DNA from: a virus
DNA length: 64,000 bases
Direction: 5' to 3' (one strand)
Virus record (IMG/VR): IMGVR_UViG_3300025085_000007
Below are positions 58,001 through 64,000 of this stretch, in pieces (within the stretch, counting starts at the first letter, position 1; each line of letters begins with the position of its first letter). A program made the translations under genes and the position numbers. The notes below the pieces were generated by a model, which saw nothing but the letters and a program-made list of their open reading frames with translations, was not told the DNA's origin and did not search any database.

Positions 58001-58041
58001 CTCCTAGCGTCAATTATGTGTCAGATAGATTAGGGATTTAA
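46090..58041 (+). CDS. Giant virion-packaged two-barrel RNA polymerase (3983 aa)
   Basis: GSRIP (R2390) followed 39 aa later by GSDLDGDAIF (D2429); upstream MDAQG, YAK and ESAIK motifs; zincin-like VHEFTGH (H940). Confidence 0.88.
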   Translation: MGFNLDDWFQSKVQENRGGYQTAQKDLKGQIENYDQGGPLEDNQSEGFNMSQGDISSLAQNQRTSFRNTGRGAGFQTPQTILPGDPLVKGAIDQDRFIKQSMMQTEDIARSEVQRLQRSLLAGSGQVVSMVGDVFNFLHAITPDTGETFEPFETIGDFITKHGDKAMNKMKNTYIPKELETIGLEDMFNPTFWTGDVAQQIPNFLAMLTPGAVGTKLASKGLLKYLPKYTKASRGFLDDTVGVVTRTKGRGLGRSIINVGIEGADDFILSTRGKSISAFLGGGIGTTLVDGATIAGQTYRNGLDLGLTEEESSVAASNVFGNNFAWAAINGLSWAITFGNARVAPVSSMLKKLPKNNFGKTIAGITQNRITSFIGKAGLESYEESWQESYQDWVQKRAIAKVQGIPFKYDGDYLFVSQGFRDYYDSPENNRTKWVAGATGLLGGGFSSVINDSAKQQLALDRQREILEQNIDLLNDGSRESRLAVIDNVVKHSVEARETDELKAYVQQQLDKGIIDEKLYDFYNNIIDSYEDLYNRIPDYIEETEGFGKEQYFSNLSLIERNKNALKYAEDELKSWQEENKDSIGTEKYEQVLKEKQDQLDNLKVELEEASAKARDVNLGIEQEILTENDRYKKGVGLTTDGKLTTKDGKKIGGRFAPQSKLDQEQKESILTKEAEAKKAREEAEKPEEQEDATEEKPSIVKRAVDTAGQVARKTGEKLGIVKPKEETEKPAETDVKAESEAETKAEPKQEEDPSVSKVASKLETGTITPENVRPQDQADVDAAINSVAEKLNAGTKVAELTNNEKTIAIEFQEEVSQARKKKDNSVDVEVGRKVDASTAREKLDKKQKTKTSQKKPAKPRDKKGKKSNYKSANQNVAKNINFRRRNARIANTMFIQDKLNVPVGIIDSSFNHFGTSPAYEVAGAIFVDPNKLYQELFVHEFTGHIYFRVNMDKPLIKNFIKEFSKSNEYAALKGRYPELEMFNYNGVDYTLAEISQDLHERSFNKNDEFFYSNLTPELQALIDIVDEIAANENAGAYEGTGVTKQIEDYSTLKNMLNENNLVKEVASEKQLALMEEGWATYISDPDNPNTREDAKKIFDGILESPQENKKRKSRIKRFWNLVSKQGKSIEKESKAILQSDNDFDGMSLEEMRSKITADMLKMTPEEVRQGRATNSRRMNYKPNRNLTDTSVFENELANNVYRAVSNDKKLIKEFATKYSDDPSKLLEDDEFINIIVENMAQLSYEYGIHNRFAEAIIYNTKKLSKLNREVADLQKKIDAAKNLDSRREFVKQIKFKKAQLRKAASKVQPKDIDTTTIQMGETSMSVRSFAQAIAFKVMNRKGINSAFDRFTREVKKLSSDVTKSELENLFNNALEKEGLNDLQIESLVSDQLRVVIDEYEKVFGINYHGLDAITDINELVDYSDNVLNIYNKDKDELLSSMSTLMQDFTRVYMQTPEAQSKKKSVRQPYVKNKALGAMAIILQTAQQHRGDIQGFIGSIRSNKNSSVVAFVKYLEDKLIVEGAKYRKPLQILRNKDTKNVQKSMADYLLSSIWINFSNRTNEQIFSTVEKNNDSTQINSLDLFNEETTANEERALVSRVIKEAGYIFNKGREGNRRRRDIEFSKKIISAIKGLNADSTTTYEDAESVLMEMFDVYGGNYFYWSTLEQTGVQDGRNRISLNDWLKKNESKIIKSLKDSRIDVSVFEPVLQQAALNSRVFYYFTMIKNAEGNPSNTMNSRSFIINQNERLNEFFARKEEETDQEYYDRVYDRAESLTNIYGNNAYLPFEFKVVDGVETIEPRMNVLKFRGGLISQLNNRGLNYVRLTPQELMVSEMSDFMSALGRRRQKDSEGNIVDTTYMQQVGVFAEKTRMYYVETKLLKDSQIKEEIDFRLSDYIGQTYLDGNLVLPFIKQKGKKAVIDESYVRKQVALLEKHMMNNLHLYKTNVDFEQMFDGNKLNTAGKKALRTYILNFGINRFQAQRMFIGDHKQFKSEEDFVKRSAGSIARQMPTDINQSVDVLILKDQEIDGFSEMDAQGYMLSEDADNVGSQYGLNFMRNDSETARHFKYVYYGQDLREDGLINNVFQSNSSFYAKANVMSITPEMEKKNPYLASVAELLRIRKADLQKDNKELNYQVVAYQESAIKTAPFKLDQYSIDLKGINADIVGTAYELEIKQPYNDLYSNDLGYVGLDGQNFGVQLILDKEKYTSPMASQSYSQHLTNTTPETKLLAQGAHRAIARAMSYQLQESGVKKYYNVDEYTEAKQISLNRSLLDKINSSWAGNPTGNMKDYASAFFPKLNVSRNSILNKLLIEVGTKVITPGTIAFQVTPYGYNLKSFTTLKSIKDTTSDPAKINKLIDKYGEDLIVSEAILPYNMSKDYNVGDIVLGSRIPSHAKATQPVLIVKDFFDRDAGSIIAVATGVSKSMGSDLDGDAIFVNSKYVKKNLKLSETAYNRAFDNIVKLNGNQAHIDEITTPIDFENDVKEALEFAEEKLGRRTDDFSTASNQIMPIGMLNAFNENVPAGGMIGIAATMQRDMNYFAHHNAEIDFSVRIEGVERNKISDDGKTNYLQTAKVLNIILDNPKYQYARKLGFTYETIKPAMLLLRMGFNFKQVATILNSQGALKYNKYVSERTVINVNDMSYYTPGQKAMLEYYESEYNNKEVTDSIQFLSKKQSPSMYVRKNVDPLLDVKKGDTINLDFSNVNDNMFNMQVVKLLDSMNKVGTEVFDVGRVIGSYGLTLQNGFQVDKLLSDFENVGNKDSRFVEGPMKALKADPIIQHNVDVLNKIKELDREINTQYSNEALQVQKSINKIVDSSQQNAFENHPVAVRQYQLFRMQQDLSVLQDMPSQDVLFASIEQLVYENSKLPYDLQNRYLADGIILNYDSKTVSLNSRFVDANIPESDINILQRHFDLLDQNRGINKFDIAPGTPRIEVDKIDDIEMGYTPIYMDFNTDQRKLFIQMDFLQNGWIGSSSTSVLWSPNSFGKDFKINQELNNLILDNKRNVSSQEADNLAIEFLKQYSYNAPSVTMIESEVSEDGTVYAIKNYPPPVIDKLQQSNTPHVVKSWDNVDRSYRTFEYKDGKYYLIGDSKFNPKQEEQHRSTNTSKTFKQVVRKVVDRKKFGNRSNKSRYKGSYDISDVQVNRAEQAGIPTKAMSKDAYFQLKGLSTRNRTMSAGTEQYYNKMYEDYKEQHNDLYQSLYLTDIKTDNYKTLTEAELVDISIKLSNFDKVLYNQYIEYIGVELTERMEKKQIANIAEVANKNKISLVGKDLGAWESWLISNNLKQTNPEVQSIIRDLQNGYMKFVKDYRRISNRIGKLEKSIKEERLSKLTNAQITGLFLRGKLNDYIYKNLFKVNVNKDGREFISLRKVEELKNSGATQNEIAFYNLFIDQIQKYSPGKDLTSIPYKAMSGLPSLGRHGLLGLYKSQIGSTSDLNNIKVQGELLDGTTDIRTFAEWKTLYEAKTKDSFLNKSKNLIRLEKVRKRAVAAAKRGMNDDKTPILLNKVERAAMTDSDVFYNMIDNKNVSISEIGSRDLGDVLKSFIHSNMFKHGTQEYRLDYLNEVKVLSDKDGNKFFEETYQQWAVRNEKPDFLGMQTYLPLIDGAIALNKLKGNDNMVKYLQEVWRDNVIGGKKQKAFGGIWDWSINKLVDITTLGYIGLDSSVVLGNTIMGKYTSLRSKGGKEFVKGEKRFWQGFLGGQASVKSYKERAKNLQFGATNKTTAMLNELFKFEYYEYEDISAVHKQNPIFRLALWPMEQSEKWIQGVMFFGQMTEKQWGSYDADTEGNLLVKAVDGKFYKYTDLPLDQISSDALNIDEVNKIVFDVKKQQGFGYSPLDQRRLSMYSWTRALGQFKKYFWTFGRERIGEENIDMYGNADIGTYRASFEFTKDMYQGKKTLKDFQKLPEHRKDAIIRYVRGVAMTMAAMLAYGLSSDDDDSVVSQSINRAAYARIQEQNVLFNPDRLKFMAVPPSVNYVSDRLGI

Positions 58042-58045
58042 TTAC

Positions 58046-58053
58046 TATATTTG
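58046..58053 (+). promoter_or_regulatory. -7 promoter box TATATTTG
   Basis: Directly after the RNAP stop and 15 nt before the ATG at 58069. Confidence 0.6.
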
Positions 58054-58068
58054 TAAAAAAAAATAATA

Positions 58069-58332
58069 ATGGCTAATATAAACGATCATTTTAATAAATC
58101 ATTTAGTATACACGGTAGTAAAATTGTTACAGGAACAACAGCTATAACAGCTTCTTCTGGTACATATTTTGCTGTACAATTTATTACAGATTGTACACCT
58201 ACAACGTTTACGCTAGCTAATGGCGAAGGCACATATAGCGGCATACAATACGGTGAAGGAACTGTTATCTATGGTGATATAACAGCAATTACAGCTGGAG
58301 CATCAGAAACATATATTTTATTTAAAAAATAA
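58069..58332 (+). CDS. Small beta-rich structural/adaptor protein
   Basis: FAVQFITDCT...GTVIYGDIT pattern; paralogue at 63246; TAATG-coupled to the fibre gene. Confidence 0.55.
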   Translation: MANINDHFNKSFSIHGSKIVTGTTAITASSGTYFAVQFITDCTPTTFTLANGEGTYSGIQYGEGTVIYGDITAITAGASETYILFKK

Positions 58333-60965
58333 TGTTAGGATTAGGATTAGGTAAGTTTGGCAAAGGCGTTAAGTCTGGCATTGCAAAACTATTAAATAGT
58401 TTAAAAAGACGTGCGGAGTATTTTGAAAATAAAAATGACTCTAAGTCTGAAATAAAAGTTTTAAAAGACTACGAGCTTTTAGACAAAGCATCTATACTAC
58501 TTACTCCTACTGCAACAAGTGATGCAAGGGTACACTCTGTAAAGACTTATACAGGTGATGAACTTGTAACTAATGGAGGTTTCGATACAGATAGCGATTG
58601 GTCTAAGTCAGAAGGTTGGACTATCGTTAATGGAAAAGCTACACACGATGGTTTAAGTTCATACAAAAAAATATCACAACTAATAACAACAGTAGTAGGC
58701 AACACTTATAGATACGAAGTGACTGTTTCTGATTTGACTACTCATCAAGTGTATTTAATGGCTCGTCAAAACAATGAGTTTGGCACATATTATTTTAATA
58801 ATATAAAAACAGAAAACGGCACTTATGTTTTTTATTTTACTGCATTAACAACATTAACTGCAATAGTATTTCAAAATGGCAACAGTAATGAAGTATCTAT
58901 TGATAATTCATCAGTAGTAGATGTATCATCAGACTTTGACTTCGATAGAGCAAGTAGTGCTACAAGAATAAACTCTGATGGTTTAGTACAAGATATGCAG
59001 AGTATTACTGACCCTGAATTAGTACTTAATGGTGATTTTGAGGAGTTGGGTGATAATGTTTTATTAGGTAACAATTTTACGTTTGATAGCGGTGTTGGTG
59101 ATTGGGAGGTTTATACTAACGCTACTCTTGCCCACGACACAGATAAGTTAGAGGTAACTTTAGCATCAGGAGGTGGAGCGAAAATAAATACAAACTCTCT
59201 TTTTACAGGTGGTCAAGCAGGAAAAATACTTAAAATAAGAGCGAGAATTTGGCAAGGCACTACAACACATTCTAGTATAGCTATTTATGTTGGCAGCGCT
59301 CAAGAAACTGTAAGTATATCATCTACTCCTACGTATTTTGAAGTATATTTAAAACCAACAAGTACAGGTTATTTAACGATATATACATCTAGTGGTGATG
59401 GTACATTTTTTATTGATAACATATCAGTACAACAAGTAGACCCTAACGATAGGTGGAGTTTAGTGGGAGATTTTGAAATTGATGATACAAAAGGATTTAT
59501 AACAAGTGCTAGTCAATATAGTCAAATAACATCACAACAAGGGGTTAATTTTTTAGATAATGGTAAAACTTATAAATTAGAAGCAGATATAACAACATCA
59601 ATTGATAATGCTCTTGCATATAGAGTTACAGGTGGTGCAGTTACACCAATATCTTTTTCTGACATAGTAGATGGTAAATATGTTAGCTATTTTACTATGT
59701 CGCAAGATGGGTATTTTTGGTTTCAAACAACAGGTTCTTATACAGGTTTAAATGCTACTATTGACAACGTATCAGTAAAAGACATTACATTTAGTACAGA
59801 TGTAGATTTAGCTAGAATAAACTATGATAGTAATGGGGATAATGGTCATATATTGTTAGAGCCTACTTCTACTAATCTTATTACTTATAGTGAGGATTTT
59901 ACCGATAGTAGTTGGGATTTAGATTTTTCTGCTCCATATATAACAAGAACACCTGACGCAGCTACATCTCCAAGTGGAGAAAACAATGCAACTAAATTAA
60001 TAGGTAATGACGTAAGTAGAGACCCTACAAATTCTTATATAGGAGCATCTACAAGTGCATCAGCACCATATACTGCTAGTATTTTTGCTAAAAAAGGCGA
60101 GTATGATTATTTAGCATTAGGCGTTGGCAGTTATGCAGGTGGATATTACGCAATATTTAATTTATCTAACGGAACTATTAGCACATCACCAACAGCATCA
60201 GGAACTACAGCAAGTATAGAAGATTATGGTAATGGTTGGTTTAGGTGTATAATAACAACTACCAATACATCAGGAAGTGAAATTTTATTTACCACTCCTT
60301 CAGTAGATGGTACTTTAACAACAGACTATACAAGTACTACTAACGGCGTATACGTTTGGGGCGCACAACTAGAAAATTTATCACATAGTACTTCTTACAT
60401 ACCAAATCACGGAACAGCGGCAGGTGTTACAAGAGCAGCAGAAACACTAAATGGTAGTGGTAATAGTACATTGATAAACACTACGAAAGGTACTTTATAT
60501 TTAGAGTCTAAACTTGGCGGCTTAACAGGAACTAAGGTTTTTTCTATTGGTGGTGGTACAAATAATGCTGACCCTGCTATTGTGATGGGTTATTCTAATC
60601 AAAATATGTATATAGACATACAAGATGGAGGTTCTTTAATATCTACATCATCTGACAAAACTATAAGCGGAATTAATACTAGTTCATATAATAAAATGGC
60701 AATAAAGTACACTACAACTAATGTTACGGTTTACTTAAATGGTGTTAAAAAACATACGGAAACTATTGATTTTACTCCTGCTACAAATGTAATTAAATCG
60801 TTATATGGTGGTTATTCAGCTGGAAGTAAGTTTGAAGGCGCGGTCAAAGCACTAGCAGTATTTAATGAGGCTCTTGAAGATGACGAACTAGAATTACTAA
60901 CAGGTGTAACTAACTATGGTTCATTTAGTGAACTAGCATCAGCTAACGGATATACAATAATATAA
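58332..60965 (+). CDS. Modular fibre/receptor-binding protein with three CBM-like domains and a LamG-like C-terminus
   Basis: MLGLGL start; NG.F...W...IDNxSV repeats; GHILLEPTSTNL; TSYIP..G..VTR. Confidence 0.75.
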   Translation: MLGLGLGKFGKGVKSGIAKLLNSLKRRAEYFENKNDSKSEIKVLKDYELLDKASILLTPTATSDARVHSVKTYTGDELVTNGGFDTDSDWSKSEGWTIVNGKATHDGLSSYKKISQLITTVVGNTYRYEVTVSDLTTHQVYLMARQNNEFGTYYFNNIKTENGTYVFYFTALTTLTAIVFQNGNSNEVSIDNSSVVDVSSDFDFDRASSATRINSDGLVQDMQSITDPELVLNGDFEELGDNVLLGNNFTFDSGVGDWEVYTNATLAHDTDKLEVTLASGGGAKINTNSLFTGGQAGKILKIRARIWQGTTTHSSIAIYVGSAQETVSISSTPTYFEVYLKPTSTGYLTIYTSSGDGTFFIDNISVQQVDPNDRWSLVGDFEIDDTKGFITSASQYSQITSQQGVNFLDNGKTYKLEADITTSIDNALAYRVTGGAVTPISFSDIVDGKYVSYFTMSQDGYFWFQTTGSYTGLNATIDNVSVKDITFSTDVDLARINYDSNGDNGHILLEPTSTNLITYSEDFTDSSWDLDFSAPYITRTPDAATSPSGENNATKLIGNDVSRDPTNSYIGASTSASAPYTASIFAKKGEYDYLALGVGSYAGGYYAIFNLSNGTISTSPTASGTTASIEDYGNGWFRCIITTTNTSGSEILFTTPSVDGTLTTDYTSTTNGVYVWGAQLENLSHSTSYIPNHGTAAGVTRAAETLNGSGNSTLINTTKGTLYLESKLGGLTGTKVFSIGGGTNNADPAIVMGYSNQNMYIDIQDGGSLISTSSDKTISGINTSSYNKMAIKYTTTNVTVYLNGVKKHTETIDFTPATNVIKSLYGGYSAGSKFEGAVKALAVFNEALEDDELELLTGVTNYGSFSELASANGYTII
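59032..59063 (+). repeat. 32-nt exact direct repeat, copy 1 (GTGATTTTGAGGAGTTGGGTGATAATGTTTTA)
   Basis: Identical to 61161-61192. Confidence 0.9.
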
Positions 60966-62878
60966 TGGGAAAAGGTATAGTAAAATTAGGAGAAGGTAAT
61001 TGGGCAGTTAAAGATGGTAATCTACTAGCTGCTAAAGAAACTAATGGTAGATTTAAGAATGCAGAGTTTACTGTTACTAGAGGTACTAGAGCTACTTATG
61101 TAGGTAGAGATGGTTTAATTAAAGAAAGTAACTTACAAGACACTAATTTAGTTCAAAACAGTGATTTTGAGGAGTTGGGTGATAATGTTTTAACATCTAC
61201 TTGGGTTCCAGGTGCAGGATGGAGTGTTATTACTGATGGTGTATCTTGTGATGGTTCAAATGGAAATGTAAGACAGAATATAGAAATGACCGACTACAAT
61301 GGAAAGACATTTTTATTAACTTACACTTTATCAAACGTAACTGATAGCACGACACTTAATGCTAAATTTGGTGGTGGTGGTAATGTAGCTCTGACATCAA
61401 CAGAAGGCACTCATACTGTATATTTAACAAACGATGCTACTGTTGATAATTTTCAATTTACATCAGGTGGTAATTGGGCAGGTGATATAACTAATATATC
61501 ACTAAAACAAGTAGACCCTAATGATAGGTGGCTTTTAGGTACAGGTTGGAGTATAGAAGATGGTAAGGCAACACAAGATGGAAGTGGTAGTGGTTCAAGT
61601 TTACAACATTCCAATGCACTTGTGGTTGGTAATACATACAAAATTGTATTTGATATTGTTGAAAGAACACAAGGCTCTATTGAAGTTTTTGCAGGATACC
61701 CTAATTCAAATGTTCCAATTAAAAACACAGTTGGCACTCATACATTATATTTGCAAGCAGAAGGAAATACTCACTTATATTTTAAACCATCCAACTTCAT
61801 AGGTTCAATAGACAACGTATCAGTACAAGAAGTAAAAACAGATACACCTCGTATAGACTTTACAGATAATACTGATGGTCATTTATTACTAGAACCTGAG
61901 AGTAGAAATCTTATAGATTATAGTGAAAACTTAAAAGATGGTTATTCTACAACTGAATCTAGCGTAGATTTAAACGATGCTGTTTCACCTGATGGAACAA
62001 CAACTGCTAATAAATTTAACTCTACGGCAACTCCTTCAAGTATTTCTAAAACACACGCTAACTCATCTGCTTTATTTCATACTGTATCACTATTTTTAAA
62101 AAAAGGAACTATTGACATAGTAACTTTATCCGTAAATGGTGGTACTCCTGCTATATCGGCATCTACTACAGTAAATTTGACAAGTGGAACTATAACTGCT
62201 AGTAGTGGTAATGGAAGTATAACGCCTACAATAACTAACTACGGCAATGATTGGTATAGAATTACTGCTAGTAGCACTTCAAATGGCAATATAGCAACCC
62301 CAACAGTATTAATAGTAAATTCATCTACTACTGCTAATGGCTACTTCTATATGTGGGGTTTACAATTTGAAGGATTACCCTACGCAACTTCTTACATACC
62401 TACTAACGGTTCAACAGTAACTAGAGATGGTGAAACTTGCACAGGTGCAGGTGAAGCTGCTGACTTCAATAGTGAAGAAGGAGTACTGTACGCAGAGATA
62501 GCTGCTTTGGCAGAAGTAAATCAAGGTATAGCTATAAGTAATGGCACATATGATAATAGAATTTTATTTTATTTTGATACTGATGGAAATATCAGAGGTT
62601 ATATATTTGTTAGTGGCAATCAATTCCAAGAAACTACAAGTGGCATAGATTATAAGTCATTAACAAAAATGGCTATAAAATACTCAGCTACATCAACAAA
62701 GTTTTATGTAAATGGAAATTTAATAGGAACAGAAGATACTAGCAGCACTATGCCAAGCGTTTTAAATCAATTAAGTTTACACGATGGTGGTGGTGGTAAT
62801 AAATTTTACGGAAGGATCAAAGCAATAAAAGTATATAAAGAAACAGACGGCATAGATTTAGCAACTTTAACAAGTTAA
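60965..62878 (+). CDS. Paralogous modular fibre/receptor-binding protein
   Basis: Same DFEELGDNVL, QVDPNDRW, IDNVSV, GHLLLEP and TSYIPT...VTR landmarks. Confidence 0.75.
   Translation: MGKGIVKLGEGNWAVKDGNLLAAKETNGRFKNAEFTVTRGTRATYVGRDGLIKESNLQDTNLVQNSDFEELGDNVLTSTWVPGAGWSVITDGVSCDGSNGNVRQNIEMTDYNGKTFLLTYTLSNVTDSTTLNAKFGGGGNVALTSTEGTHTVYLTNDATVDNFQFTSGGNWAGDITNISLKQVDPNDRWLLGTGWSIEDGKATQDGSGSGSSLQHSNALVVGNTYKIVFDIVERTQGSIEVFAGYPNSNVPIKNTVGTHTLYLQAEGNTHLYFKPSNFIGSIDNVSVQEVKTDTPRIDFTDNTDGHLLLEPESRNLIDYSENLKDGYSTTESSVDLNDAVSPDGTTTANKFNSTATPSSISKTHANSSALFHTVSLFLKKGTIDIVTLSVNGGTPAISASTTVNLTSGTITASSGNGSITPTITNYGNDWYRITASSTSNGNIATPTVLIVNSSTTANGYFYMWGLQFEGLPYATSYIPTNGSTVTRDGETCTGAGEAADFNSEEGVLYAEIAALAEVNQGIAISNGTYDNRILFYFDTDGNIRGYIFVSGNQFQETTSGIDYKSLTKMAIKYSATSTKFYVNGNLIGTEDTSSTMPSVLNQLSLHDGGGGNKFYGRIKAIKVYKETDGIDLATLTS
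61161..61192 (+). repeat. 32-nt exact direct repeat, copy 2
   Basis: Identical to 59032-59063. Confidence 0.9.
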
Positions 62879-62880
62879 TT

Positions 62881-63246
62881 ATGAATAAAATAGGAAAATA
62901 CGAATTTAATAGTTCAGTACAGGCAGATGATATGATAGCTGCTTTGGGAACAACAACAACAGAATTAGGTGATGTAGTGCCTTCGCACAATCATTGTGTA
63001 GTTAGACTTGGCTATATTGTTTTAGAGCAAGGTAAGTATAACGAAAGTGGTGAGCAAACAAAAGCACCTGTACTATCTGATAAATACCACGTAGATGTAT
63101 TATGGAAAGGCTTAGAGCCTGTTGATGCAGAAGCAGAGGTTTTATCTTATGTAGAGCCTCATGGCTGGTCAGACTTTAAAATAGACTTAGAAGGCAATGG
63201 TGTGCATTCGTTTTTAGGTCTTGACTATATAAATTATAAATTCTAA
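62881..63246 (+). CDS. Conserved-looking hypothetical protein (possible fibre assembly factor)
   Basis: KYEF...H..V.LG.I...P..SDKYHVDVLW...W......G.H.F.G pattern. Confidence 0.6.
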   Translation: MNKIGKYEFNSSVQADDMIAALGTTTTELGDVVPSHNHCVVRLGYIVLEQGKYNESGEQTKAPVLSDKYHVDVLWKGLEPVDAEAEVLSYVEPHGWSDFKIDLEGNGVHSFLGLDYINYKF

Positions 63247-63617
63247 TGGCTAATACAAATGACTTATACAATGCAGCGTTAGGTCAATATGGATCTGCAT
63301 ATTTACTTGCGTCTTCAGGAGTGTATGATGCAACTCCTAACGATTGCACAGTATATGTTATTTCTATAACCATGTTTGAAGATACAACATTTGCAGCTTT
63401 ACATAACTTACATGGCAATATAGGTTCTATATCTACAAGAAGCGATGAGTTAGCGCATGACACAGAGTTTGGTACAGCAGTACCAGCAAATCAAATAACA
63501 CCATCATATGTATTTCCTAAAGGTGTTACTATTTATGGTAAATGGGATTATGTAAGAGTAGCAACAGGATCATGTGTATGTTACATAGCTCCACAACCAA
63601 CAAAACTAATAATATGA
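63246..63617 (+). CDS. Small beta-rich structural/adaptor protein, paralogue of 58069
   Basis: SITMFEDTTF...FPKGVTIYGKW...G.C.CY. Confidence 0.55.
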   Translation: MANTNDLYNAALGQYGSAYLLASSGVYDATPNDCTVYVISITMFEDTTFAALHNLHGNIGSISTRSDELAHDTEFGTAVPANQITPSYVFPKGVTIYGKWDYVRVATGSCVCYIAPQPTKLII

Positions 63618-64000
63618 TGGGCGTTGTAAACACATTATTAACGCCTGACTATGTAGTTGAAGACATAGTATACATTGACCCATTAACTGTGTCTGGATTA
63701 CTTACATGGCACGAAAGGGATAATCAAGTTGTATCTGGTTCTGATGTAAGAAGTTGGCCAAATCATAGCTCATTGTCTGCTTCTTACGATTTGTCTTCTC
63801 CGTCAGCTAGCACACAGCCACAAAAAATTGGAAACAAAGTATATTTTGACGGCACTCACATATTGCAAATGGCTACAATAAATTTGCAAAAGTTTACTAT
63901 GTTTTTAGTAATAGATCCTGATGAGTCAAAAACATTGTCTAATGACGGTGTAATTGGTAGGGCTTTAAATGACTTAATAAAAGTATATAGAGGATCAAGT
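63614..64000 (+). CDS. LamG/concanavalin-like virion protein, partial (runs off the right edge)
   Basis: Translated by hand from the ATGA overlap: MMGVVNTLL...GLLTWH...V.SW.N...Q.....YFDG...FTMFLV; open to 64000. Confidence 0.6.
   Translation, partial: MMGVVNTLLTPDYVVEDIVYIDPLTVSGLLTWHERDNQVVSGSDVRSWPNHSSLSASYDLSSPSASTQPQKIGNKVYFDGTHILQMATINLQKFTMFLVIDPDESKTLSNDGVIGRALNDLIKVYRGSS

Noticed and set aside
464-58013. Antisense or alternate-frame ORFs in the track (e.g. 2148..2471+, 10801..11073+, 14343..14672+, 16395..16652-, 35152..35466-, 49236..49568-)
   Set aside because: They lie wholly over better-supported genes, have Ser/Leu/Phe-rich shadow composition and show no motifs.
58332-62878. 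Diversity-generating retroelement or invertible shufflon acting on the fibres
   Set aside because: No reverse transcriptase, no adenine-specific TR/VR pair, no invertase; the repeats are direct, not inverted.
1-64000. Stop-codon reassignment (TAG/TGA), known in some crAss-like phages
   Set aside because: Long genes (TerL, portal, MCP, 2101-aa and 3983-aa ORFs) are intact under code 11, coding density is high, and no suppressor tRNA is seen.
1-64000. Prophage or integration module, DNA polymerase, primase
   Set aside because: No integrase, att site, polymerase or primase recognised in this window; they may lie outside it.

Overview
This window is part of a lytic dsDNA phage genome resembling Crassvirales (phi14:2-like, marine flavobacterial type). 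An AT-rich composition, SD-less A-rich start regions and repeated TAnnTTTG (-7) promoter boxes point to a Bacteroidota host. There are two divergent arms that switch at about 16.42-16.58 kb. The minus-strand arm (1-16.4 kb) carries replication, recombination and repair genes (DnaB, Sak/Rad52, SSB-like, RusA-like, HU-like, DnaA-domain-IV-like, spore photoproduct lyase, MazG-like, DUF1599-like), an M28-type peptidase with an unknown partner, and many small early genes. The plus-strand arm (16.6-64 kb) carries a lysozyme, an 11-repeat GNVGIGTTSP fibre, TerL, portal, scaffold, major capsid protein, two paralogous decoration-like proteins, ring/tail proteins, a 2101-aa tail stabilisation/muzzle protein, three ejection-type proteins and a single 3983-aa virion RNA polymerase (DLDGD motif). 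It ends with modular lectin-like fibre genes. The most interesting unexplained signals are non-coding: (i) a covarying hairpin motif exactly 24 nt upstream of two early genes (candidate virion-RNAP promoter); (ii) a 44-nt mini-tRNA-like element with only an acceptor stem and a canonical T-arm; (iii) a 15-bp hairpin that buries the resolvase start codon and contains a host promoter box; and (iv) near-identical DNA junction cassettes bounding variable domains of the fibre genes. All family assignments come from motif recognition by eye. No database search or folding calculation was run.
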